37,649 bases of DNA, taken from assembly GCA_900128395.1 (NCBI GenBank), contig LT649323.1:1-37649 (forward strand), read 5' to 3'. Shown here piece by piece: positions 1-9,885 of the stretch (the stretch's first letter is position 1; every line of letters begins with the position of its first letter). The position numbers and the translations under genes were made by a program. This stretch comes from Stramenopiles sp. TOSAG23-2 (Eukaryota). The notes beneath the pieces were generated by a model. That model did no database searches, had not been told where the DNA came from, and saw only the letters and a program-made list of their open reading frames with translations.

Positions 1-1
1 A

Positions 2-349
2 TCTTTCAATTAATAAATAAAGTCTTCTCGCTGGATGTGAAAGTATCAGCTCATTTATACTTCTTCTATCGTAAACCACTTGCAATGCTTCATCACGTAC
101 ACGTTCAAAATCATCACACCCGAATTCTTTTCTTAATTGTTGTATCAAAGATGATTCTTTCACGTTACATAATGATTTAATATCTAAAAATTGAAATATT
201 TTGGTCAAAAAACCACATGTTGATTCAACGCCAGCTGGTAAAACTAATATACCAATTCTAATCGTTCGTGTTGGTTTTTCTTGTAACGCTTCGATTGTCG
301 ACTGTTTCAGTCTCTTTCGTGGTGGTGGTTCAGTCATCAACGACGCCAT
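2..349 (-). CDS. 5' part of a gene running off the window edge; possible F-box-like protein
   Basis: Not in the ORF track because it has no stop in the window. Translated by hand from the ATG at 349: MASLMTEPPPRKRLKQSTIEALQEKPTRTIRIGILVLPAGVESTCGFLTKIFQFLDIKSLCNVKES..., open for 116 codons. PPPRKRLK looks like an NLS; LP...LTKIFQFLDIKSL resembles an F-box. Confidence 0.6.
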   Translation of the reverse strand, partial: MASLMTEPPPRKRLKQSTIEALQEKPTRTIRIGILVLPAGVESTCGFLTKIFQFLDIKSLCNVKESSLIQQLRKEFGCDDFERVRDEALQVVYDRRSINELILSHPARRLYLLIER

Positions 350-739
350 GTTTTTGTATTTCGTCTCTCTTTATACTTTCTTGATATTATGTGTGTATAT
401 ATTCTTACTTGTTTGTTTAATATTTATATTAATTCATTCTTATATATATATATTAATACCAGGTATAATAGTCATTCAAATATATTGAATTCACAGAATA
501 ATCATCTGCACAAAAAAATTTATAAATTAATACTACCATTTTCAATATTACATCACTACTCTCTCTCTCTCTACATACAGTTTCTATTTATACGTTTAAT
601 TATCCCTGTAAAGATACCAAAGAAGAAAACAAACTCAATCAAGTATTGTATATATTGTATTTTTTGCAACCGCAAGTAAGAATTATTTTTATTATATTAA
701 ATCTTTAAATATTAATATATTTCAATATTAAAAAATAAT

Positions 740-2941
740 ATGTCAGCAATTGCAAATAAATCATTATATGAAATACCACTTGAAACTGGTATTGTCAATT
801 TAATATGTGCCAAAGCGTTTGAAGGTTTAAGTGACACTGAGAAAAAATATGCAACGTTCATTGCCGGTGCTAGTTGGAAAGGTGCTTTGATATGTTTATT
901 TCAAACATCACCTGAATCCCCATATATATTTGCTATGTTACGGTATGCATTTAATTTTGCATATGAAGCAGAAAATTTTAGTCAATCTGATGATATAGAT
1001 TCTGTTGGTAAAGAATTTAAAACTTCCTTTTTAGCTGCTTCATCTAATGACACCAACGCTGAAGAATCATACAATCAAGTCATGATATACATTGCTAGCT
1101 TTTTTGCAAATTTAGGTAATTATAAATCTTTCGGGGATACAAAATTTGTACCTGCATGTTCAATGGATGATTTTCAAAAAATTATTGAAGCAGCAGCAAC
1201 ACGTTCAAATACACTGGAAAAAGTAAAAGCACTTTGGGAAAAAGTATCTTCACCAATGTTTGCTTTAGAACCTTCTCGTATTCGTTCCATTGGTTTTGGT
1301 CCAAAAGAAGGCTTATCAACGTATTTCTCTTCCAATTGTACAAAAGAAGATGCAGAAAAATGCCAACGATTTCTTGATCAAAACAAAATTAGTGCATATA
1401 ATACAAGACTTTTCAAAATTATGAATGATGATAATAAAACTACATTTCATATAAAGGTTGCTTCAGCGATGGCATCTACACGAGAACCAATTGAATTTGA
1501 AGGTGCTGAATTTGTTGTTATTACTGGAGACCATGCTGCTTTCATGCAAAAAGCTGTTGCGTTGCTACGTGAAGCTGCAAACGTAGGAGCAAATAAAATG
1601 CAAGAATCCATGCTTAACTTATATGCGGAATGTTTTGAAAAAGGTGATTTGCAAAAACACATTGAAGGGAGTAGATCTTGGATTAAAGATAAAGGACCAG
1701 CAGTGGAATCATACATTGGTTTTATTGAATCCTATCAAGATCCATTTGGCACACGTGGTGAGTGGGAAGGTTTTGTCGCCGTTGTCAATAGAGAAACCTC
1801 AGCAAAATTTCAAACACTTGTTGATGCAGCTGAATCCTTTTTACCACTTCTACCATGGCCTGAATCCTTTGAAAAAGATAAATTTCAAAGACCTGATTTT
1901 ACATCTTTGGAAGTTTTAGCATTTGGTAGTTCTGGAATACCTGCTGGAATCAATATACCAAACTATAATGAAGTTCGCCAAGTAGATGGATTTAAAAACG
2001 TTAGTCTAGGGAATGTTTTAGCATCAGCTTATAAACCGAAGAAAAGTGAAGCTGTTACATTTATTCAAGATGAAGATGTTGAATTATACCAAACACTAGT
2101 AACGGAAGCATTTGAAGTACAAGTTGGTCTTCATGAATTACTTGGTCATGGCAGTGGAAAAATGTTCATGGGTGATGATGCTGCTGAAATTGTTAGTAAC
2201 ATTGATAACCCGTTGAATAAGGAGAAGAAAGTTGCATTGTATTATAAAACGGGTGAAACGTATGATTCAAAATTTGGTTCAATGGGATCTAGTTATGAGG
2301 AATGTAGAGCTGAATGTGTTGGCATGTCATTATGTCCAAACAAGACCGTGTTGAAAATATTTGGGCATGAAGGCCAAAATGCGGATGATATTTGTTACAT
2401 CAATTGGTTGCATATGGCACGTGCCGGGATATTAGCATTATTGTTTTGGTCACCAGAAACGAAACGATGGGGGCAAGCACATATGCAAGCACGTTTTGCA
2501 ATTTTACAATGTATGTTGGAAGCTGGAAATGGTTTTGTGAGTGTTGAGAAGAATAACAAAAACGAAACGTATTTAAAAATGGATCGATCTAAAATTGAAT
2601 CTATTGGAAAGCCAGCAGTAGATCAATTTCTTTTACGTATACAAGTATACAAAGCAACTGCAAATTTTGAAGCAGCAAGTGAAATGTATAATAAATATAC
2701 AAATGTTAATGAAAGATTTCAAGAATTAAGAAATGAAGTCATTGCAAGACGTAAACCAAGGAAAATGTTTGTCCAGCCAAATTTATTATATTCCGAAGAA
2801 AAGAAAACAATAGTTTTGGAAGAATATGCTCCAACATCAATGGGCATCATACAATCTTTCATGGCACGATATCGTTTAGAAGAAATGGATGAAATATTAA
2901 AACAAGCAGATGCAGAGGCAAATCATCATCAATATTATTAA
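740..2941 (+). CDS. DPP3: Dipeptidyl peptidase III (peptidase family M49)
   Basis: 733-aa ORF with the M49 zinc motifs HELLGH and EECRAE, plus GNYKSFGDTKF, IGFIESY, GIPAGINIPNY and WGQAHMQAR. Confidence 0.97.
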   Translation: MSAIANKSLYEIPLETGIVNLICAKAFEGLSDTEKKYATFIAGASWKGALICLFQTSPESPYIFAMLRYAFNFAYEAENFSQSDDIDSVGKEFKTSFLAASSNDTNAEESYNQVMIYIASFFANLGNYKSFGDTKFVPACSMDDFQKIIEAAATRSNTLEKVKALWEKVSSPMFALEPSRIRSIGFGPKEGLSTYFSSNCTKEDAEKCQRFLDQNKISAYNTRLFKIMNDDNKTTFHIKVASAMASTREPIEFEGAEFVVITGDHAAFMQKAVALLREAANVGANKMQESMLNLYAECFEKGDLQKHIEGSRSWIKDKGPAVESYIGFIESYQDPFGTRGEWEGFVAVVNRETSAKFQTLVDAAESFLPLLPWPESFEKDKFQRPDFTSLEVLAFGSSGIPAGINIPNYNEVRQVDGFKNVSLGNVLASAYKPKKSEAVTFIQDEDVELYQTLVTEAFEVQVGLHELLGHGSGKMFMGDDAAEIVSNIDNPLNKEKKVALYYKTGETYDSKFGSMGSSYEECRAECVGMSLCPNKTVLKIFGHEGQNADDICYINWLHMARAGILALLFWSPETKRWGQAHMQARFAILQCMLEAGNGFVSVEKNNKNETYLKMDRSKIESIGKPAVDQFLLRIQVYKATANFEAASEMYNKYTNVNERFQELRNEVIARRKPRKMFVQPNLLYSEEKKTIVLEEYAPTSMGIIQSFMARYRLEEMDEILKQADAEANHHQYY

Positions 2942-3022
2942 AAAGGGATGTGTAGGTGGGTGTGAGTGGAGTGTTCTCGTAAAAAGATTTTTTGATAGAG
3001 TGCATATCATATACGAGTATAG

Positions 3023-3040
3023 TATACGAACGTTCGTATA
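3023..3040. repeat. Perfect 18-bp palindrome between two convergent 3' ends
   Basis: TATACGAAC|GTTCGTATA is its own reverse complement. Confidence 0.9.
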
Positions 3041-3063
3041 TATTTTAAAATTATTTAAATGTA

Positions 3064-3253
3064 CGCGTATATTTGAACTTTTACTTCCAATTCCTAGTTG
3101 TTGTCAAAAAATGTTCCGGTGTACCAAGATCAAATCTTTCCCCTTTCATAACTAATCCCGCGTATATTTGAACTTTTACTTCCAATTCCTAGTTGTTGTC
3201 AAAAAATGTTCCGGTGTACCAAGATCAAATCTTTCCCCTTTCATAACTAATCC
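3064..3253. repeat. Perfect 95-bp tandem duplication covering the stop codon of the kinase fusion gene
   Basis: 3064-3158 equals 3159-3253 (cgcgtatatttgaac...cataactaatcc). Confidence 0.95.
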
Positions 3254-5236
3254 TTTTGCACCAACTTCATTCATTACACTTCGTAAAACATCTGTAAAAC
3301 CAAATTGGCCATTGTTGCCACGTAAATTATTATCATGTTGTTTTTGTAAATGGTCAAAAATAATCGATGGTATTACATAATAACCAAAGACAGTTAAAAA
3401 GGAATTATCATCATATCCAGGTACTTTCAAATGTGCAGTTGCTTCCTCCACTGTAGGCTTTTCTTTTAATGTGCTAATTTTCAATGTTTCATTTCCACCA
3501 GATAGCCATGTACCAGTAGCAGCACCAAAGTGTGAAATCACATCTCCAGGTGATTTCTGTAAACCAATCAATGCACTACCATCGCTACAAATTTCCTTAT
3601 AACATTCTAATATTTGCTGAACGCATGGATGTTTGTTGTCATGTTTGGTTTTATATAAATGATCGCCTAATACTAATAAAAATGTATCTTTCCCAATAGC
3701 ATCTTTTGCACAAAGAACAGCATTGCCAAATCCTTCTTGTTTCAGCTGTACAACAAGTTCGATTTTTTCACCTAAACGCAATATATTTTTTGCCATTAAT
3801 TTTTGTTGCTGGTTTAAACGTGCATAATTTTGTGCAGGTAAAGGTTTTTTGAAAAAACCTTCATATGCAGGCAAATCATTAGGTTGTACGACTATGATGA
3901 CTTTTTCAATACCACCATCAATTAACTCTTGAACCACTATTAAAATTGCTGGTTTAGCAATACCATCTTCATCAACGATTGGAAATAAAGGCGGGCAAAT
4001 CGATTTTGTTGCTGGAAATAAACCAAGTCCAAATCCAGCAGCTGGTATCAATGCTTTTTTAATATTCGATGAGGCTTCAATAACTAATTTCATGACTTCA
4101 ACGGATAAATCTTGTTCTAAAATTTGCTTTACTTCCTCTTGTGCCTCTTCACTTTTACATATAAATTGTGCCGTTCCATCGCCACCAGCACCAACACCTT
4201 TCCCACCATATACTAAATTTTGGATTTTTGGATATTCTAAAATTTTATGCAATACAGGAGCGGTTAATTGTGATGGGCAAACACCTTGTCCAGCACGATC
4301 AAAATGTTCTTGCGCTTCATTCATTAATTTGCCTAGCACCTCCGCGTTGCCCTCGGAAAATGCTTTCGATGCCCTAGAGGTAATATCCAAATTAATTGGA
4401 CCAAGTACATTTTGAACATCTTCTTGTTCTTTTGTTTGTGCTTTTGGATATGCACTTTGTAAATCGCGTAAAATAACAACCGTATCTTTCTTTGCTTTTA
4501 AATCAACAATACAATAATACAATGGTTTTGGTACACGTATTTCCGATACATCAAGAAATTCACCATCATAGATCATTGACACTGGCCTTGAACCAAATGC
4601 ACATGCTTGGTCCATTCGACCACACATAGATGGTGTTAATATTTCACCTTGATATGCATATTCCATCTCGCCACGTGTAGTCATTTTTAAATCATATACA
4701 CGATTGATTGCACGTGCAGTTAAAACACATACAGCAGCAGAACTGGATAACCCTTTTTTTAATGGTAAATCAGTTTTATAATTATTAATCACGATGCCGC
4801 TAATACGATAATCAGTTAATAATTTATATGCAACTCCAGCTGCATAGGACCAAAAATCACCTTTTTGTGCAGCTTCTAATAATTTTTTCTTTTCCATCGG
4901 TATTTCATGTGGTCCATATGTTTTTCCACTCTCATCCGTTGAACGTAAAATTAAACTACTTGGATGTTTCCAACATTCAGCATGTAAGCCTTGATTTGTA
5001 CCAACAACTAATGTACATCCTGGTTGAATTTCATCATTAAATCTACGAAATCCACCAGCCCAGTCGGAATGTTCACCAAAAAGACAAACTCGTCCAGGAA
5101 CAAATAAATAATGTGCTTCCGCATTTTTTGTACTATTATTATTACCACCACTATTACGTCCACCTATTGAAGTTTTTAATGCAACTGTATGTTCTTGCCT
5201 TGGTGATTTTGGTGGAGAAATGGTTAACGATGCCAT
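3176..5236 (-). CDS. GHMP-family sugar kinase (galactokinase/glucuronokinase-like) fused to a C-terminal GalU-like nucleotidyltransferase domain
   Basis: GHMP motifs PGRVCLFGEHSD, LPLKKGLSSSAA, CGRMDQ and GGKGVGAGGDG. The C-terminal domain has KKALIPAAGFG..FPATK, QEGFGNAVL, LVLGD, LKEKP and RFDLGTP. Confidence 0.88.
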   Translation of the reverse strand: MASLTISPPKSPRQEHTVALKTSIGGRNSGGNNNSTKNAEAHYLFVPGRVCLFGEHSDWAGGFRRFNDEIQPGCTLVVGTNQGLHAECWKHPSSLILRSTDESGKTYGPHEIPMEKKKLLEAAQKGDFWSYAAGVAYKLLTDYRISGIVINNYKTDLPLKKGLSSSAAVCVLTARAINRVYDLKMTTRGEMEYAYQGEILTPSMCGRMDQACAFGSRPVSMIYDGEFLDVSEIRVPKPLYYCIVDLKAKKDTVVILRDLQSAYPKAQTKEQEDVQNVLGPINLDITSRASKAFSEGNAEVLGKLMNEAQEHFDRAGQGVCPSQLTAPVLHKILEYPKIQNLVYGGKGVGAGGDGTAQFICKSEEAQEEVKQILEQDLSVEVMKLVIEASSNIKKALIPAAGFGLGLFPATKSICPPLFPIVDEDGIAKPAILIVVQELIDGGIEKVIIVVQPNDLPAYEGFFKKPLPAQNYARLNQQQKLMAKNILRLGEKIELVVQLKQEGFGNAVLCAKDAIGKDTFLLVLGDHLYKTKHDNKHPCVQQILECYKEICSDGSALIGLQKSPGDVISHFGAATGTWLSGGNETLKISTLKEKPTVEEATAHLKVPGYDDNSFLTVFGYYVIPSIIFDHLQKQHDNNLRGNNGQFGFTDVLRSVMNEVGAKGLVMKGERFDLGTPEHFLTTTRNWK

Positions 5237-5420
5237 CTTTCAATTTTTTATATTATTGTTCTTCCGTGTGTGTGTGTATGTATGTATGTATGTATATTGA
5301 AGTTTTTAATGCAACTGTATGTTCTTGCCTTGGTGATTTTGGTGGAGAAATGGTTAACGATGCCATCTTTCAATTTTTTGTATTGTTCTTCCGTGTGTGT
5401 GTGTGTGTATGTATGTATAT
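5165..5420. repeat. ~130-bp tandem duplication covering the start codon of the kinase fusion gene
   Basis: 5165-5294 versus 5295-~5420. The coding 72 nt are identical, while the non-coding GT/GTAT microsatellite part differs. This creates a second ATG at 5366 and a 37-aa uORF (5253-5366, minus strand). Confidence 0.93.
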
Positions 5421-5935
5421 ATATTATAGTAATATATTATTATAGTTATTATACTAGATGTATATAATACAGTTTTAACATCATTCGGATACATATTATA
5501 TGTATATATGATAGCTCAAGATATATATATATATATTATATTTGCAACATTTTAATTTATTCAACTCTTCTTAGCACCTTATTATAAAAAAAAGTACGCA
5601 ACAACAAAAACTCATGGCAAAAACAACAACAAAACCTTAACCATCATCAGCAGCAGCAGGCCCATCAGCAGGCTGGCAGGCCTGGCAGGCCCGGCAGGCT
5701 ATCAAATAAAATCAAATCTATGATATCATTATATTAATAATACGTAACTTGATATGCGGCCATACTTGAAAGGGAAATTAGACTACTCTTTAAATATTAT
5801 TCTCTTTTTCTAAAATAATTATTGTGACTCATATATTTCTAAATCGAATTCGCTGTAATATTTACCTAGTAAATACAATGGAAATATCATCACCTGCAAT
5901 GGCTCATTTTTATTCACTTTTCACCATAATTCAAC

Positions 5936-5961
5936 TCTTTCCATCTATATAGATGGAAAGA
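5936..5961. repeat. Perfect 26-bp palindrome in a divergent intergenic region
   Basis: TCTTTCCATCTAT|ATAGATGGAAAGA. Confidence 0.92.
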
Positions 5962-6043
5962 CATTCATTGCAGAAACACGTTTTCAATTGCAATCACAAG
6001 TCAAACTATCAATTAAATACAAATTAGTTATTAAAAAAGATAC

Positions 6044-6245
6044 ATAAAAGAAAGATGAAAATCAATACTATATTATTCGCAATTATATGCATCAGTGTAT
6101 TATGTATTACATATACTAATGCATCATCACAACAATTATTAAAAATAAAAGAAAGATGAAAATCAATACTATATTATTCGCAATTATATGCATCAGTGTA
6201 TTATGTATTACATATACTAATGCATCATCACAACAATTATTAAAA
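6044..6245. repeat. Perfect 101-bp tandem duplication covering the start codon and signal peptide of the hydrolase
   Basis: 6044-6144 equals 6145-6245. The first copy gives a uORF at 6055-6159 (MKINTILFAIICISVLCITYTNASSQQLLKIKER*), whose TGA overlaps the main ATG (ATGA). Confidence 0.95.
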
Positions 6246-7784
6246 CCAATTAAACAAGGGACAAAACAAGTTGGTATTGTTTTTGTTCAAGGTGCACAAA
6301 TTGCACCAGAAGCATATTTACCACTTGCAAAGAAAATACAAAAGGAATCAGCGTTATCAATTTACATTGTCATACCAGCCTTTGCATTGAATACACCGGA
6401 GCCACTTGTTTTGAGCAGTGGTATTAAAAATGGTATTAAAGCTATGTATGATGCTGGTTTAGATAAAAATGCAGATTTAATTATGATGGGTCATAGTTTA
6501 GGCGGCGCTATGTTACAAGATTATGTTTTTAAATGTACTAATTGTAAAGCACAAGTATTAATGGGTGCCGGTTTATTACGTAAATATCGCAATGGTTCCA
6601 TGGCATCTGATTATCCAGTCAATACATTGACGATTGATGGTACATTAGATGGTTTGTATCGTGTAACACGACAAGCGGAAAATTATTATCATTACGTGTT
6701 ACATCCACAAAATGATAAACCATTAAATTTCCCTGTAGTTGTATATGAAGGTGTTAGTCATATGCAATTTGCATCTGGAACACCACCATTTTTAGTGAAA
6801 AAATCAGATTTAAAACCAACCGTAACGGAAGAAGTTGCGCATAATTTAACGGCAAGAACAATTGCATTGTATATGGATGTACAATTGCAAACGGTAAATG
6901 CAGGAAATGCTGCGAAAGCATTGCAAGCAGAAATGGATCAAACCGGCGTATTGGTTCAACCATTAATTAATGCATTGGAACAAGAAGGATTTAAACATTT
7001 CATTTCACCATGCAATACGGATTACAACATGCCAAGTCAATGTCCATTTTATCCCCGTTATCCAGGGAAACAACGTAGTGGTACAAATCCATCTAGTTGT
7101 TTGTGCGGGACGCCATGGACCACAAAAGTTGCAATGGAAGTTATGGGGGGATTAGGAGACAATAGCAAAGTAACATATGATGTTCTTGATGGCATACATG
7201 CCGTATCTGATATTAATCCAATTCATTTACCACACGTATGGTCACCAGTATGTCAAAATGAAAATGAAGGATGTACATTAAATTTAACAACTGTTACGGA
7301 AGCAATTTATTCAAAACTTGATAGTTTTGATACTGGATATTCCTACACAAGTGCATCTGAATTGCGTGTGAAAATGATGAGTCGTCAATCCGTTTGGATG
7401 AGTGTTGGTCGTAAAAATGTAAATTTCACGGAAACCGATGTTGTACCAAATACATGTGCAGATATTAATAAATTGGCATGGCAATATGCATTGAAAAATG
7501 CAGGTGAAACTGCATTAAATCGTTTTAATGCAATTGGGGAACCATTGGTCTTTGGTAAAGATCTTGGTCCATACAATGCAGGTCCATTGTGGATTTACAA
7601 TGGTTTGAAATATGAAGATGCAAAAGATAAAAGTGAAATGACGATTCAAAGTCCAATGATGCATACGGATGTTGATTATAAAATTAAAGCTGCTGCAGGA
7701 TTTCATTATTGTAAATTGTTAAGTCCAGCAAGAGCAATGGAATGGCTTTATATTGATGGTTTAAGAGCTAAAGGTGGTTTGTAA
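6156..7784 (+). CDS. Secreted alpha/beta-fold hydrolase with a Cys-rich C-terminal region
   Basis: Hydrophobic signal peptide; nucleophile elbow GHSLG; candidate catalytic Asp in GTLDGL and His in GVSHMQF. Confidence 0.85.
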   Translation: MKINTILFAIICISVLCITYTNASSQQLLKPIKQGTKQVGIVFVQGAQIAPEAYLPLAKKIQKESALSIYIVIPAFALNTPEPLVLSSGIKNGIKAMYDAGLDKNADLIMMGHSLGGAMLQDYVFKCTNCKAQVLMGAGLLRKYRNGSMASDYPVNTLTIDGTLDGLYRVTRQAENYYHYVLHPQNDKPLNFPVVVYEGVSHMQFASGTPPFLVKKSDLKPTVTEEVAHNLTARTIALYMDVQLQTVNAGNAAKALQAEMDQTGVLVQPLINALEQEGFKHFISPCNTDYNMPSQCPFYPRYPGKQRSGTNPSSCLCGTPWTTKVAMEVMGGLGDNSKVTYDVLDGIHAVSDINPIHLPHVWSPVCQNENEGCTLNLTTVTEAIYSKLDSFDTGYSYTSASELRVKMMSRQSVWMSVGRKNVNFTETDVVPNTCADINKLAWQYALKNAGETALNRFNAIGEPLVFGKDLGPYNAGPLWIYNGLKYEDAKDKSEMTIQSPMMHTDVDYKIKAAAGFHYCKLLSPARAMEWLYIDGLRAKGGL

Positions 7785-8463
7785 TTATTCGAACCAAGGG
7801 AGGAGCAGAGAGTGTATTCACACAATATGTGTGTGTGTGTGTGTACTCATAGATTTTATTCTTTTTTATCATATATAATATAATATGTTTTTATTGCGTG
7901 TATATATATATTGTTATAGATCCGCACTCTTTTTTCATCTTTTATTAAAAAATATGATGCACACATTCTTGACGACACGTGCACACACTATTTTTACATG
8001 AATGTGTACAAGAAACGATCTTATTTACTTTTTAAATAATAAATTTAAACGTACTTGCACTTTCGAGTCATATTACAATTATATATATATGACATACTCG
8101 CTTTTATAACATAATACGATGATGGTTTCTGTTTTCATTTGATCTTTCTACTATTTTGATATTATTCTATATACAACTATTGTGTATAATATATATATAA
8201 AAGTCTCGATATTATTTCATAATATATATATATATATCATGAAAAATATACGTTTAATTAATATTATACATATATCTACATTAGATACATATTCATCAAT
8301 TAATGACAATATATATATATATACGTGTATATATATATATATATAATACATATATTGCAAACAATATTTCTATATAATAATTTCATGTGATATATACATA
8401 ATATATTTCACTATAAATAGTTTATATTCAAAACATCAAAAATTAAAACAACAACAAATGCAT

Positions 8464-8580
8464 TTATTTTGCACGTTGTCTCATCTTTCTTCTTTTTCTT
8501 TGAAGACGACGAGTTCTCTTCTTCTTCCACTTCCAGCGCATTTTAGCGGTAGATTTCTTGTACGGACATCCATGACCCAT
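8464..8580 (-). CDS. RPL41: Ribosomal protein eL41 (eS32), form with an N-terminal extension
   Basis: Hand translation gives MGHGCPYKKSTAKMRWKWKKKRTRRLQRKRRKMRQRAK* (38 aa, below the ORF-track cutoff). The C-terminal 25 aa match the eL41 pattern MRxKWxKKRxRRLxRKRRKMRQRxK. Confidence 0.95.
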   Translation of the reverse strand: MGHGCPYKKSTAKMRWKWKKKRTRRLQRKRRKMRQRAK

Positions 8581-8587
8581 GATTAAT

Positions 8588-8664
8588 CTGAAATATACTT
8601 TTTTTGTTGTTGTTGTTCAATTAAAACTTGTATAACAATTCTTGTTCTCTTCCTCTCTTTCTAC
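8588..8664 (-). other. Probable 77-nt 5'-UTR intron of RPL41
   Basis: The minus strand reads CACAG|GTAGAA...ATATTTCAG|ATTAATC-ATG, a GT-AG pair ending 7 nt before the start codon. No transcript evidence is available. Confidence 0.5.
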
Positions 8665-9050
8665 CTGTGAAGGTAGTTCTACACAACCATTTTAATTCTT
8701 TTCTTTAAAAATTGTAAAATATATAATAATATTTTTCCTATAGTTATTAGTTATAATTTGTTGTTTCAAATAATTTGAAGAAACTCGATGCAATACTATT
8801 TCCATATTAGAGCTAGAAGGGTAGTTGATTGGGTGGTAGTATCCAAACAACATAGCTACAGCATTGGTTTTTTAACATACACACAGTACCAGTTTAAAAT
8901 GAACCCATGATAGTTTAAGACACATGACCTGTTTTGCCTATCAAAAGTGAAGAGTATATGATTTGAGTTGTACTTAACATTGAATGTTTTTTGACTATTT
9001 CTCCTATATCTCATAGTTGTTAGAATACCTCCAATGATAATATTCAACTG

Positions 9051-9496
9051 GCTATTTTTTATTTTTTCCAATAGTACTATGTTTTATTTTTTCTACATTG
9101 TACAGATGTTTGTATATTGCCTGGAGTGCTATTTTTATTTTTTCCAATAGTACAATGTTTTATTTTTTCTACATTGTACAAATGTTTGTATATTGCCTGG
9201 AGTGCTATTTTTATTTTTTCCAATAGTACAATGTTTTATTTTTTCTACATTGTACAAATGTTTGTATATTGCCTGGAGTGCTATTTTTATTTTTTCCAAT
9301 AGTACAATGTTTTATTTTTTCTACATTGTACAAATGTTTGTATATTGCCTGGAGTGCTATTTTTATTTTTTCCAATAGTACAATGTTTTATTTTTTCTAC
9401 AGTTGTTTGTATTGCCTGTTCTACAAATGTTTGTATTGCTGGATTGCTATTTTTTATTTTTTCCAATATAAATAGTACTATGTTTTATTTTTTCTA
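9051..9496. repeat. Minisatellite with a 76-bp unit; about 4.5 near-identical copies plus a degenerate copy
   Basis: Unit gctatttttattttttccaatagtacaatgttttattttttctacattgtacaaatgtttgtatattgcctggagt, starting at 9051, 9128, 9204, 9280 and 9356. Confidence 0.95.
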
Positions 9497-9664
9497 AGTT
9501 TTTGTATTCTATTTGATCATATTTCCTATCAATGGAAATCAATCGGGTCAGAGGAAAAACCCTCAATTCTACACCACAGAAACCAAAAAAGTGTGAAATC
9601 TAAAATAGCATTGAAATAGTATTAATATCGCAAAGTCAGCTTGATTTTCAACTCTTCAAATGTT

Positions 9665-9885
9665 TATATAGAATGCGAATGATTTCTCCCATTGTCCTAC
9701 GTGTTATTCCAGGATGTTTATCGAACGACCACAATGTTATGTATATATATAGAATGCGGATGATTTCTCCCATTGTCCTACGTGTTATTCCAGGATGTTT
9801 ATCGAACGACCACAATGTCCACTGCTGGCCTGAATTTTCATCCTTGTTTTAGCGAGTGATTCTCCCCATTGTCCTACGTGTTATT
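9665..9885. repeat. 81-bp tandem duplication plus a partial third copy
   Basis: gaatgcg(a/g)atgatttctcccattgtcctacgtgttattccaggatgtttatcgaacgaccacaatgt at 9671 and 9752; the core cccattgtcctacgtgttatt recurs at ~9865-9885. Confidence 0.92.

Noticed and set aside
201-679. Plus-strand ORFs 201-488 and 389-679
   Set aside because: They have non-ATG starts; one is antisense to the edge gene and the other is AT-rich intergenic sequence.
5752-5790. 5S rRNA-like start ATGCGGCCATAC
   Set aside because: Only ~12 nt match; the following sequence lacks 5S helices and internal promoter boxes.
9117-9475. Three near-identical 61-68 aa ORFs
   Set aside because: They are by-products of the 76-bp tandem unit and start at non-ATG codons.
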